Origin: an uncultured Chloroflexia bacterium
GTDB lineage: Bacteria > Chloroflexota > Limnocylindria > Limnocylindrales > CSP1-4
DNA length: 64,000 nucleotides
Direction of reading: 5' to 3'
Assembly (NCBI GenBank): GCA_963722105.1
Contig: CAVRKQ010000008.1
Span: forward strand, 7,433-71,432
The position numbers and the translations under genes were made by a program. Below, in pieces: positions 10,155-20,472 of the stretch (positions are counted from its first letter, which is position 1; each line of letters opens with the position of its first letter). The notes under the pieces are model-generated. The model was not told where the DNA came from. It did not search any database and worked only from the letters and a program-made list of their open reading frames with translations.

Positions 10155-10925
10155 ATGGACGACCAGCGTCTCGGAGCGCTCCTGCGGCACCTCCGCCTGC
10201 GCCGCGGACTACGGCAGATCGACGTCGCCCTCCTAGCCGGCGTATCGGACGTCACCGTGTCCCGCGTCGAGCGCGGTCACATGGAGTCTCTGAGCCTGAT
10301 GGCGTTGCGTCGGATCAGCCGGGTTCTCGAAGCGCGGCTTGATGTCAGCCTCTGGACCCGATCCGGCGATGTCGAGCGGGTTGCTAGCGGTCGACACTCG
10401 GAGCTCGTCGACGCCCTCATACGCGCGTTGGCCGCGACTGGCTGGACGGCACGCCCGGAGGTGTCCTTCAACGTGCGGGGCGAGCGCGGCCTGGTCGACA
10501 TCGTCGCGTGGCACGCTCCCACACGAACCCTGCTCCTCATCGAGGTCAAGACCGAGATCGTCGACGTGGGCGAGCTGTTCGGAACGTTCGATCGCAAACG
10601 CCGCCTTGCGCCCGACATCGCCCGGTCACTCACCTTGGAGCCGGCCGCCATCTCGACGGCGCTGGTCGTCGCGGACACGCCGACCAATCATCGGCGGATC
10701 CGTGCGCATGCGGCGACATTTGGAGCGGCGCTCCCGCACGGAGGCCAGCGCTTCCGATCCTTCCTCGAGCGCCCGGCTGGCTCCATCCAGGCCTTGGCCT
10801 ATTGGTCATATCGACACCCAGGGACGACAAGTCGTCCCGCCGGTGGCTCGAAGCGCGTCCGGCGGCCAGGTTTGGCTCCGGCGGCAGCCCTCCGCCGCAC
10901 GCGCGGGCGCCGCACCGGCCATTGA
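10155..10925 (+). CDS. HTH-XRE domain fused to a PD-(D/E)xK nuclease-like domain
   Basis: The N-terminus LRLRRGLRQIDVALLAGVSDVTVSRVERG is an XRE-type HTH. The C-terminal half contains ERGLVDIVAW ... LLLIEVKTEI, a D ... E-x-K pattern. The frame is intact and ends in a basic tail. Confidence 0.65.
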   Translation: MDDQRLGALLRHLRLRRGLRQIDVALLAGVSDVTVSRVERGHMESLSLMALRRISRVLEARLDVSLWTRSGDVERVASGRHSELVDALIRALAATGWTARPEVSFNVRGERGLVDIVAWHAPTRTLLLIEVKTEIVDVGELFGTFDRKRRLAPDIARSLTLEPAAISTALVVADTPTNHRRIRAHAATFGAALPHGGQRFRSFLERPAGSIQALAYWSYRHPGTTSRPAGGSKRVRRPGLAPAAALRRTRGRRTGH

Positions 10926-11142
10926 GTGGACGGCGAGGTCTTTCCAACCGCCAACCCAGCCGACTAATCGTCCCTGGGTGACGGATTGATCAGAAGCCCT
11001 GGTCGCAGGGCCGCCGGCCCGCGCTGACACGCTCCAGGCGGCCGGATCGCTCGAGCGAGGCGCCCCAAATGTGCGGAGGGCGCCCAGCGAGGGGCGCCCC
11101 GTGAAGTCAGCGGCGGTCAGCCGGTCTGGCTCGGTGCGCCTC

Positions 11143-12108
11143 CTACCGACGCAAACCCGTGAGCGTGAAGGGCGGGGTGTTGGTCGTGAAGTCGGCGTTC
11201 ACGACCAGGTAGGTGTTCCTGGCGCGGGCGATGGTCGAGGGGCGCTGGAAGGTCGGGTCGGTGCGGGTGAAGAGCTGCGTCGCCGACGAGTGGTCGCCGG
11301 AGAGGTCGAGGAAGACGAGCTGCGCGGTCGGTGGGCCACCCACGACGGCGATGAGCATGCCCCGGTCGACGAGCAGGCCGTCGCCGGCCACGGGTGGGGC
11401 GTCGATCTGGGCGATGTCGCGGCTGTCGACGGAGCCCTTGGCGGACCCACGGCCGAACGAGAGATCGAGGCGGTACAGGGCACCCAGCCCCGAGTGGACC
11501 ACGATGAGCTCGCGGCCGCCCTTGAACGCGACGATCCCATTGAGGTTGAACCCCGAGGCGAACGGAATCTCCGGCGCCAGGTCGATCGCCTCCGGCGTTC
11601 CGCTGCCCGCGGCGAGCTGCGAGGGCGTGATGTGCCAGAGCACGGGGCGGATCGAGTCGGTCACGAAGACGCCGCGGCGGGTGACGACCAGGTCGTTGAG
11701 GAACCCGCCGGCCCCCGTCTCGAACGTGGCCACGAGCGACGCGGTCTTGATGTCGTAGACCTTGATCAGGCCGCTCGGACCGCCGGCGACATACAGGAGG
11801 CCGCGCTTGACCTTCATCCCGACCGCAGGCGTGCCTGGGCCTGGGATCCACACATCGACCGAGGTGTCGCCGAGCGTGCCTCGGTAGATCGTGCCGTTCG
11901 CGACGGTGCCGGTGAAGAAGGTCCGGGTCCTCGGGTCCCACGCGACCCCCTCGGGGTTGCCGTTGTTCTCGGTGAGGACGTACTCGACCGACGGCTTGTC
12001 AGGAGCAGCGAGGGCGGCCGGCGCGACGGCGACAAGGCCAAGCGCAAGAGCCGCGATCGAGGCGAGCAGGCGGCGCGAACAAATCGAGGGCAAGCGAATC
12101 GAGGTCAT
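11143..12108 (-). CDS. secreted beta-propeller protein (SMP-30/gluconolactonase/LRE-like)
   Basis: A signal peptide (LLASIAALALGLVAVAPAALA) is followed by repeated beta-strand blades such as NPEGVAWDPRTRTFFTG, GLLYVAGG and GVFVTDS. The ORF is intact at 321 aa. Confidence 0.55.
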   Translation of the reverse strand: MTSIRLPSICSRRLLASIAALALGLVAVAPAALAAPDKPSVEYVLTENNGNPEGVAWDPRTRTFFTGTVANGTIYRGTLGDTSVDVWIPGPGTPAVGMKVKRGLLYVAGGPSGLIKVYDIKTASLVATFETGAGGFLNDLVVTRRGVFVTDSIRPVLWHITPSQLAAGSGTPEAIDLAPEIPFASGFNLNGIVAFKGGRELIVVHSGLGALYRLDLSFGRGSAKGSVDSRDIAQIDAPPVAGDGLLVDRGMLIAVVGGPPTAQLVFLDLSGDHSSATQLFTRTDPTFQRPSTIARARNTYLVVNADFTTNTPPFTLTGLRR

Positions 12109-12238
12109 GGGGAAAATCTCCGCGGGCAGGAATGTGCTGTCACCTAGGAATACGACCGCGCGACCGACCGCAGATCGGGCGCGGCCCGTTCGAGCGGGTT
12201 GCGGAATGCTTGCGAAACCCTCGCAGGCCTACCCCGCC

Positions 12239-13609
12239 CTACCCCGCGCGGAGCGCCTTCCAGAGCGTTCGAGGCGAGGGCGCCTGCCCGTACATGAGCA
12301 CGCCGGATCGGTAGAGGCGCGCCGCGACCCACAACGCGACGGGGACGGTCAGGGCAAGCAGCAGGATCGCGACCAGCACCTCGAGCGGCTCGGCCGTGCC
12401 CGTCGAGAGGCGTGTGAGCATCAGGTAGGGCGAGAACAGCGGCACGAACGAGAGAACCACGACCAGCGGCGAGTCGAGCGGGATGAGGCCCGTGCCGGCG
12501 TAGGTCGAGACGAGGTAGCCGCCGACCGAGATGAATGTCAGCGGCGCGACGATCTGGTTGATGTCCTCCTGCCGGCTCACGAGCGAGGCCGCGCCCGCGT
12601 ACAGCGACGCGTAGACGGCGAACCCGAGCACGAGCATCACTCCGAACGTCAGGACCAGGCCGATCGAGATCCCGGAGACGAGCGACGGCGCTCCCGGATC
12701 CGCCGCGGGCGGCGCGCCGAGGATGAGCGCGGAGATCTGGCCCTGAAAGACCAGCACCAGGATCATCGGCACCGCCACGATCACGTACTGCAGCAGCGCC
12801 AGCGCGCCGATCCCGATCACCTTCCCGGCCAGCAGCTGGAAGGGCGTCGCGGCCGCGAGGACGATCTCCATGACCCGCGAGCTCTTCTCCTCCGCCACGC
12901 CGTAGGCGATCCACGTGCCGTAGAGGATGATCGCCATGAAGATCGCGATCGACAGGCCGAACCCGGTGAGGAACGCCCCGGGATCGTCGGTCGGGTCGGG
13001 ACGCCCGACGTCGGTCGGGTCGGCGGGCAGGAGCTCGAAGTCGGGCGGCGTGAAGAGCGTCGCCTGGTCGACCGGCGAGACGCCGGCGCGGGTCAGGCGG
13101 TCCTGGATCGCGATCGAGCCGACGGCCTGGCGGATCAGCTGGTTGGTCCGCGAGACGGCGCCGTCGTTCGAGTAGAGGTCGAAGCCCAGGTCGCCGCCGG
13201 CGTCGCGGGCGAACGCGAGGGCGGCGGTCGAGGAGCCATCGACGACGTGCTGGCGCGCGGCCTCGACGTCGGGCGCCGCGACGACCGTGAACCGCGGCGG
13301 CGCCGGCTGGCCGCCGACCGGGATCGAGGGGCCGGCACCGGCCGTCGCGTTGAGCAGCTGCTGGAGCGCGGCGGCGACATCGACGCCGGGGAGCACCTCG
13401 CCGCCGACCACCTCGATCCGGTCGCCCGTGGCGTCGCGATCGATGAGCTGGATGAGCGTCGGCGCAAGGGCCAGCGCGCTGCCGGCGAGCACGAGGATCA
13501 CGGTGGTGAAGCGGTACGCGCGCGTGCGGATGCGCGCGAGCACCTCGCGGCGCGCGACGGCGACGATGTTCGGGAGCGTGCGGCTGGCGAAGCCGGTCTT
13601 CGCGGTCAT
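12239..13609 (-). CDS. ABC-2 type transporter permease (NatB-like)
   Basis: The 456-aa protein has an N-terminal TM segment, a large extracytoplasmic loop and a C-terminal cluster of TM helices. It overlaps the upstream ATPase gene by 4 nt. Confidence 0.7.
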   Translation of the reverse strand: MTAKTGFASRTLPNIVAVARREVLARIRTRAYRFTTVILVLAGSALALAPTLIQLIDRDATGDRIEVVGGEVLPGVDVAAALQQLLNATAGAGPSIPVGGQPAPPRFTVVAAPDVEAARQHVVDGSSTAALAFARDAGGDLGFDLYSNDGAVSRTNQLIRQAVGSIAIQDRLTRAGVSPVDQATLFTPPDFELLPADPTDVGRPDPTDDPGAFLTGFGLSIAIFMAIILYGTWIAYGVAEEKSSRVMEIVLAAATPFQLLAGKVIGIGALALLQYVIVAVPMILVLVFQGQISALILGAPPAADPGAPSLVSGISIGLVLTFGVMLVLGFAVYASLYAGAASLVSRQEDINQIVAPLTFISVGGYLVSTYAGTGLIPLDSPLVVVLSFVPLFSPYLMLTRLSTGTAEPLEVLVAILLLALTVPVALWVAARLYRSGVLMYGQAPSPRTLWKALRAG

Positions 13610-14574
13610 GTCGCTGCCTCCACGGAACCCGCGAGGTGCTTCTCCTCATCAGGCGCCGGCGGTCGACCGACACGCTCGATGAAGATCTCCTCGATCGATG
13701 GGTCGGCGATCAGGAAGTTCGTGACCCGCTCACCCTGCTCGAGCGCGGTTCGCAGCACGATCTCGGGATCGACATCGTGGGGGACCGCCAGCTCCGCATA
13801 GTCCTGCGCGGCACGCGAGACTCGAACGCCGGGGATCGAGCCGAGCCAGGGGATCGAGTCCTCCGAATCGATCACCCGGCCCTCGAGCGCGAGTCGCACG
13901 ACGCGCCGGCCGGTCGACCGCTTCACCTCGCGAATCGGGCCGGACAGGATCAGCCGACCCTTGTCGATGAGGGCGACCGCCTCGCAGAGCTCCTCGACCA
14001 TCTCCATCTGGTGGGTCGAGAAGATGAGTGTCGTCCCGCCCTCCCGCATCTCCCCGAACGCCTCCTTCAGCAACGCGACGTTGACGGGGTCGAGCCCGAC
14101 GAACGGCTCGTCCATCAGCAGCACCGCCGGCTCGTGGAGGATCGCGGCGATCAGCTGGACCTTCTGCTGGTTGCCCTTGGACAGCTCCTCGGCGCGGCGG
14201 GTTGCGTAGTCGGGGATGCGGAGGCGCGCGAGCCATTCCCTCGCGCGCGCGGCGGCTACGTCTCGTGGGATCCCGTACAGCGACGCGAAGAACACGAGCT
14301 GGTCGAGCACCGCGAGTCGCGGATAGAGCCCGCGCTCCTCCGGGAGGTAGCCCCAGGTCTCGCGCGAGACCTCGGTGGTCGGCGTGCCGGCCCACGTCGC
14401 CGTGCCGGAATCGGGCCGGAGGATGTCCAGGACGATCCGCATCGTTGTCGTCTTGCCGGCGCCGTTGGCCCCGAGGAACCCGAACACCTGGCCCTTCGGC
14501 ACCTCGAACGAGATGCCGTCGAGCGCCGTCACCGCGCCGAACCGCTTGACCAGGCCATCGAGAACGAGACTCAT
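13606..14574 (-). CDS. ABC transporter ATP-binding protein (NatA-like)
   Basis: It carries Walker A GANGAGKTT, the signature LSKGNQQKV and Walker B LLMDEP. Confidence 0.85.
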   Translation of the reverse strand: MSLVLDGLVKRFGAVTALDGISFEVPKGQVFGFLGANGAGKTTTMRIVLDILRPDSGTATWAGTPTTEVSRETWGYLPEERGLYPRLAVLDQLVFFASLYGIPRDVAAARAREWLARLRIPDYATRRAEELSKGNQQKVQLIAAILHEPAVLLMDEPFVGLDPVNVALLKEAFGEMREGGTTLIFSTHQMEMVEELCEAVALIDKGRLILSGPIREVKRSTGRRVVRLALEGRVIDSEDSIPWLGSIPGVRVSRAAQDYAELAVPHDVDPEIVLRTALEQGERVTNFLIADPSIEEIFIERVGRPPAPDEEKHLAGSVEAAT

Positions 14575-14875
14575 CGGCTCCTAGCCTACCGGCGCGCCTC
14601 TATACACCCGCAGCCAACGTCCATCGCGCAACCTCCTTGCCAAATTCACGCCCGGGGGCAAGGAGGCGAGGCATTCCCCGTCCGCGCGGCTTCCTCCACG
14701 TCGCGGCGAGCGTGGGCACCACCCAACATGCGTCGCAACCGGGCTCGGAGGCCCCTCCTCGCTGCCTTGCTGCCCGCGGGTGTGAATCTGGCCGGATCGT
14801 GACAGGCGGCGACCACAGGGTCAGCCAGGCCCGCGAGGGTTCCTCGAGGTCGGGAAGCTCGGTCAAGATCGGGAG

Positions 14876-14935
14876 TTCGTCCAACCTCTTGACAAAGGCC
14901 TCGGAGATTGTCCAGACTCTGGACGAAGTCCGCCA
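14876..14935 (+). promoter_or_regulatory. promoter/operator copy A (putative ROK-repressor operator) upstream of the sugar ABC operon
   Basis: TTGACA lies at 14889-14894, followed by an 18-nt spacer and CAGACT. The perfect palindrome GTCCAGA-C-TCTGGAC lies at 14910-14924. A related half-site GTCCAACCTCTTGAC lies at 14879-14893. About 60 bp are nearly identical to 20349-20408. Confidence 0.6.
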
Positions 14936-15000
14936 CAGACGGGGGCGAGTCCCTGTCTGCGCCGCGGATGACCGGTTTCGTAGAGGAGCGAGCCGGGCAC

Positions 15001-15183
15001 GTGAGCTTTCCGAGCAAGCCGGCGGACCGGCACCTGCGCCACGACGACGCCGCCAATGGGCTGCGCGTCACGTTCGACCACTGTCCCATCAGCCGTGCCG
15101 AGGTCGCTCGCCTCAGCGACCTGATCCTGTGGCCCGCCGGCCTTCGTGGCGCGGGTTTCAGGGACGGACGGAGCAGGCGCTAG
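15001..15183 (+). pseudogene. truncated remnant of a ROK-regulator 5' end
   Basis: VSFPSKPADRHLRHDDAANGLRVTFDHCPISRAEVARLSDL parallels VTFPSKATHQQTRAHNAALVLKALYDHGPISRAEVARMSGL of the regulator at 20473. The HTH then breaks off and a stop follows at 15183. Confidence 0.5.
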
Positions 15184-15264
15184 GAGGGCGGCGGCTGGTT
15201 TCCTTGGAACTTGCGGGGCTCACCCATACTGGGTCGAGCCAACGGATCGGTTGAGGAGGAATCA

Positions 15265-16752
15265 ATGGCCAAGCAATCATGGAAGTTTGTCGTCCTGGCG
15301 ATGGCCGGCACGCTGATCCTGGGGGCATGTACGCCTCCGGCAGCGACCGGACCTGCGTCGACCGGATCGACAGCGACAACAGGGCCGGTCGCGACCACGC
15401 CGCCCGCGTCAACGGGCGCCGGTGGGCCAACCACGGCACCGCCGACCGAGCTCGGCCTCCCGGAGGTTCCGACGGGCTACACGGAGCTGGACCTGGCGCT
15501 CGGCGCCGACAAGCCGTACAACGGCACAAAGGTCTCGTTCCAGACCCAGTGGATCGGCGGCGAGGGCGAAGGCTTTGCAGCCGCGATCAAGGACTTCGCA
15601 ACGGCGACCGGCATCGCCGTCCAGATCGACAGCATCGGCTCGAGCCACGAGACGGTGCTCAAGACCCAAATCGAAGGCGGCAGCCCGCCGGACATGGCGG
15701 TGCTCGCCCAGCCGACCGGCGTGCTCGCGTACGCGGCCGACGGCAAGATCATCGACGTCGCGACCTTCATGGATCCCGCGAAGCTCAACGCCGAGTTTCC
15801 GACGACCATCGGCCTCATCAGCGAGGGCGGCCACATCTGGGGCGTCCCGACCAAGGCCGACGTCAAGTCGATGATCTGGTACCCGATCAAGGCCTTCGAG
15901 GCCAAGGGCTACGCCGTTCCCGCCACGTGGGACGAGCTCGTCGCCCTCGCGGACAAGATCGTCGCTGACGGCGCCGGCTTCCCGTTCTGCGCCAGCGCCG
16001 GCGGTCCCGGCACGGCGACGGGCTGGCAGCTGACGGACTGGGTCGAAGAGGTCCTCCTCAAGACCGAGGATCCGCAGGTCACTGCGGACTGGATCAGCCA
16101 CAAGATCCCGTTCAGCGATCCCAGGATCAAGGCCGCCTTCGACCGGGTTGGCTCGCTCCTCTTCAAGGAGGGCTACGTCGAGGGTGGTGGCCCTGCGATC
16201 GTGAACAATCCAATGACCGAAGTCATGGATCCGATGTTCAACCAGGACACGGCCGCGCCGGGTTGCTGGATGCAGAAGATCCCCGTCTGGTACGGCCCCG
16301 ACTTCTTCCCGGATAAGCGTGTCAATGGCGGCGACTCGAAGTACGTCGTCGGCACGGACATCGGCATCTTCCCGTTCCCGACGATCTCCACCGAGTTCAA
16401 GGGCGCCGAGGGTTCGGCTGACGCGATCATGGTCCTCAAGGATCGCCCTGAGGTCCGCGCGTTCGCGGAATTCCTGGCCACGCCCGAGGGGCTCAAGAAC
16501 TGGATCGTCGGCAAGGGCGTTCTCTCGCCGAACGTCACGACGCCGGCCGAGTGGTACGCCAACAACTACAAGCTGAAGGTCGCGAACGACATCGCCAGTG
16601 GCGCAACGGCCATCGGCTTTGACGCTTCTGACCTCATGCCGCCGGCCGTTGGCCAGGGGACATTCTGGACAGAGGTTTCCTCCTGGGCCAACAGCAACGG
16701 CACGACCACGGATGCCACGTTGCAGGCCATCGACGACAGCTGGCCCCAGTAG
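15265..16752 (+). CDS. sugar ABC transporter substrate-binding lipoprotein
   Basis: The ATG at 15265 follows GAGGAGGA. The lipobox LILGAC is followed by a Thr/Pro-rich linker and a family-1 solute-binding fold. Confidence 0.85.
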   Translation: MAKQSWKFVVLAMAGTLILGACTPPAATGPASTGSTATTGPVATTPPASTGAGGPTTAPPTELGLPEVPTGYTELDLALGADKPYNGTKVSFQTQWIGGEGEGFAAAIKDFATATGIAVQIDSIGSSHETVLKTQIEGGSPPDMAVLAQPTGVLAYAADGKIIDVATFMDPAKLNAEFPTTIGLISEGGHIWGVPTKADVKSMIWYPIKAFEAKGYAVPATWDELVALADKIVADGAGFPFCASAGGPGTATGWQLTDWVEEVLLKTEDPQVTADWISHKIPFSDPRIKAAFDRVGSLLFKEGYVEGGGPAIVNNPMTEVMDPMFNQDTAAPGCWMQKIPVWYGPDFFPDKRVNGGDSKYVVGTDIGIFPFPTISTEFKGAEGSADAIMVLKDRPEVRAFAEFLATPEGLKNWIVGKGVLSPNVTTPAEWYANNYKLKVANDIASGATAIGFDASDLMPPAVGQGTFWTEVSSWANSNGTTTDATLQAIDDSWPQ

Positions 16753-16778
16753 CGGCCGCATAGCGACGCGCCAATTGC

Positions 16779-16809
16779 GGGGCGCCCACACCTGACGGTG
16801 GGGCGCCCC
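16779..16809 (+). promoter_or_regulatory. intercistronic hairpin between the binding-protein and permease genes
   Basis: GGGGCGCCCAC (16779-16789) pairs with GTGGGGCGCCCC (16798-16809) with one bulge. The hairpin lies 27 nt after the binding-protein stop. Confidence 0.45.
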
Positions 16810-16836
16810 GTTACTATTTCCACGAGGAGGAGCTGC

Positions 16837-17994
16837 GTGGCGCTCGTTCGGGAGGAACGGTCGACCCTGTCGCGATTGGTGCCGATCGGCGTCCTGATCG
16901 GCCTGGTCCTCACGGGCCTCGGCGTCGCGGTCCTGCTGGATCCGCAGGGCGGCCAGAAGATCCTCGCCTGGTTCTACGACCAGATCGGCAACCCGACGGG
17001 CGCGACCCTCCTCCGCAACGACCAGGGCGACCAGTTCATCGCCAAGCTCGTGCTCGGCGTGATCGCACTCTTCGTCGGCGTCGGCGGGATCTGGCTGATC
17101 TTCACGGGCGCCAGCACGCTGGTCGAGCGCTTCCCACCCAAGATCCGGGATCGGATCCTGCCCTGGATCTTCGTCACGCCCGCGCTCGTCCTGCTCGGCA
17201 TCTTCCTCGTCTATCCGGCCGTGGCGACCGTGATCGGGAGCTTCCAGGACGACGACGGTGTCTTCACCCTGGCCAACTGGGCGAGCCTTGGCACGCCGGC
17301 GTTCCTCGAGATCATTCGGAACAATGTGATCTGGCTGGTCGCCGCGACGGCCGGGAGCGTGGGCCTCGGCCTGCTCGTCGCCGCGCTCTTCGATCGCATC
17401 AAGCGCGAGTCGCTGGCCAAGGTCTTCATCTTCACCCCGCTCGCGATCTCGCTCGTCGGGGCGACGGTCATCTGGAACTTTGTCTACGCCTGGCGGCCGG
17501 CCAGCCAGCCTCAGTTTGGCCTGCTGAACGCGATCTGGACCGGGTTCGGGAACGAGCCGGTCGCATGGGCCACAACGTTCCCGGTCAACATCCCGGCCCA
17601 GATCATCATCATGATCTGGCTCCAGACCGGGTTTGCGATGGTCGTCCTCTCGGCGGCCATCAAGGGCGTCTCGGTCGAAGTGCTCGAGGCCGCGCGCCTC
17701 GACGGCGCGAACGAGCGCCAGACGTTCTTCCAGGTGATCGTGCCACTCATCCGCGGGTCGATCGTGACGGTTGCCACCACGATCGGCATCGCCACGCTGA
17801 AGATCTTCGACATCGTCTTCTCGATCAGCGGCGGCCGAAATCACGACAGCGTGGTGGCGGTCCGCATGTACCAGGAGATGTTCCAGTTCTTCAATGACGG
17901 GCGCGCCGCGGCGCTCGCGACCGTGCTGTTCATCGCCGTCCTGCCGGTGATGGTCCTGAACCTGCGCAACTTCCGCCGCCAACAGGCGATGTAG
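16837..17994 (+). CDS. carbohydrate ABC transporter permease (MalF/CebF-like)
   Basis: It has multiple TM helices and the EAA-like loop LEAARLDGANERQTFFQVIVPL. The GTG at 16837 is preceded by GAGGAGGAG; the ORF track offers an earlier GTG at 16798. Confidence 0.8.
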   Translation: MALVREERSTLSRLVPIGVLIGLVLTGLGVAVLLDPQGGQKILAWFYDQIGNPTGATLLRNDQGDQFIAKLVLGVIALFVGVGGIWLIFTGASTLVERFPPKIRDRILPWIFVTPALVLLGIFLVYPAVATVIGSFQDDDGVFTLANWASLGTPAFLEIIRNNVIWLVAATAGSVGLGLLVAALFDRIKRESLAKVFIFTPLAISLVGATVIWNFVYAWRPASQPQFGLLNAIWTGFGNEPVAWATTFPVNIPAQIIIMIWLQTGFAMVVLSAAIKGVSVEVLEAARLDGANERQTFFQVIVPLIRGSIVTVATTIGIATLKIFDIVFSISGGRNHDSVVAVRMYQEMFQFFNDGRAAALATVLFIAVLPVMVLNLRNFRRQQAM

Positions 17995-18911
17995 TGGCTG
18001 CCCCCGTCGCCCTGCCCGAACAGCCGATCGCTCGAGCATCGAAGCGACGCGGCAACGCGTTCTGGCGTGCGCCGATGCTCGACAGCCTGCCGTTGCGCCT
18101 CTCCGTCCTCGTCATCTGCTTCCTGTGGACGATCCCGACGGCGGGCCTGCTCGTCACCTCCGTCCGGAACCCCCAGCTGATCAGCAAGACCGGCTGGTGG
18201 GAGGGTCTCATCAACCTCTTCTCTCCGGACCAGTGGACGTTCGCGAACTACGAGCAGGTCATGGGGAACGTCGGCATGGGCGCCGCCTTCCTCAACAGCC
18301 TGATCGTCACGATCCCGTCGACGGTGATCCCGATCACGATCGCGGCCTTCGCCGCGTATGCCTTCGCATGGATCCCATTCCGTGGCCGCGGAATCCTGTT
18401 CATCATCGTCGTCGCGCTGCTCGTCGTGCCGATCCAGATGACGCTGATCCCGATCCTCAAGATCTACAGCGGCGCGTCACTGTACGGATCGTTCGTGGGC
18501 ATCTGGCTCGCCCACACCGCGTTCGGCCTGCCGCTCGCGATCTTCCTGCTCTACAACTTCATCTCGCAGCTGCCGCGGGACCTCTTCGAGTCCGCATCGA
18601 TCGACGGCGCGTCCGCGTTCCAGACGTTCATCCGGATCGTGCTGCCGCTGTCCGTGCCGGCGCTGGGCGCCTTCGCGATCTTCCAGTTCCTGTGGGTCTG
18701 GAACGATCTCCTGGTGGCCCTGGTCTTCCTCGGCCCCGGCCAGGACGTGGCAGTGATGCCGACCCAGCTGTTCCTGATGCTCGGGCCATACGGCGGCCAG
18801 TGGCACCTCCTCACCGCCGGCGCCTTCGTGACGATGTTCGTTCCGCTGATCGTCTTCCTCGCGCTCCAGCGGTTCTTCGTGCGCGGAATCCTCGCCGGCT
18901 CCGTCAAGTAG
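17994..18911 (+). CDS. carbohydrate ABC transporter permease (MalG/CebG-like)
   Basis: It carries the EAA loop FESASIDGASAFQTFIRIVLPL. The GTG start overlaps the preceding TAG (TAGTG). Confidence 0.85.
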   Translation: MAAPVALPEQPIARASKRRGNAFWRAPMLDSLPLRLSVLVICFLWTIPTAGLLVTSVRNPQLISKTGWWEGLINLFSPDQWTFANYEQVMGNVGMGAAFLNSLIVTIPSTVIPITIAAFAAYAFAWIPFRGRGILFIIVVALLVVPIQMTLIPILKIYSGASLYGSFVGIWLAHTAFGLPLAIFLLYNFISQLPRDLFESASIDGASAFQTFIRIVLPLSVPALGAFAIFQFLWVWNDLLVALVFLGPGQDVAVMPTQLFLMLGPYGGQWHLLTAGAFVTMFVPLIVFLALQRFFVRGILAGSVK

Positions 18912-18956
18912 GTCGGCCGCGAGGCCTCGAGGCCTCGTGATCCGGGCGCCGGCTGG

Positions 18957-20321
<1,365 letters not shown>

Positions 20322-20348
20322 CGCCGAATCGTAAGGGCTCCGCGCGTC

Positions 20349-20408
20349 TTCGTCCAGACTCTTGACAAAGTCGCCGGCGATCGTCCAGACTCTGGACGAA
20401 GTCCCCAC
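20349..20408 (+). promoter_or_regulatory. promoter/operator copy B between GH1 and the ROK regulator
   Basis: TTGACA lies at 20362-20367, followed by an 18-nt spacer and CAGACT. The palindrome GTCCAGACTCTGGAC lies at 20383-20397 and a second site GTCCAGACTCTTGAC at 20352-20366. Confidence 0.6.
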
Positions 20409-20472
20409 GACCACACCCCTCGGCGCCAACCCACGCATCGCACGAAGATCCGGGAGGAGCGGGCCGACGGCT

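Noticed and set aside
8267-10342. Very long ORFs antisense to, or out of frame with, recognised genes. Examples are 8267-10342 (+, 691 aa), 15409-18039 (-, 876 aa), 19792-21888 (-, 698 aa), 37755-40103 (-, 782 aa), 41735-44053 (-, 772 aa), 58341-60827 (-, 828 aa) and 11071-12147 (+).
   Set aside because: Their translations are Arg/Pro/Gly/Asp-rich low-complexity strings with no motifs. They overlap genes with clear family signatures on the other strand or frame. This is the usual shadow-ORF artefact of high-GC DNA.
11040-11142. Clustered GGCGCCCC/GGGGCGCCCC palindromes between the convergent HTH-nuclease and propeller genes, as a defined bidirectional terminator
   Set aside because: Several alternative pairings are possible and there is no U-tail on either strand. 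I could not fix stem coordinates with confidence.
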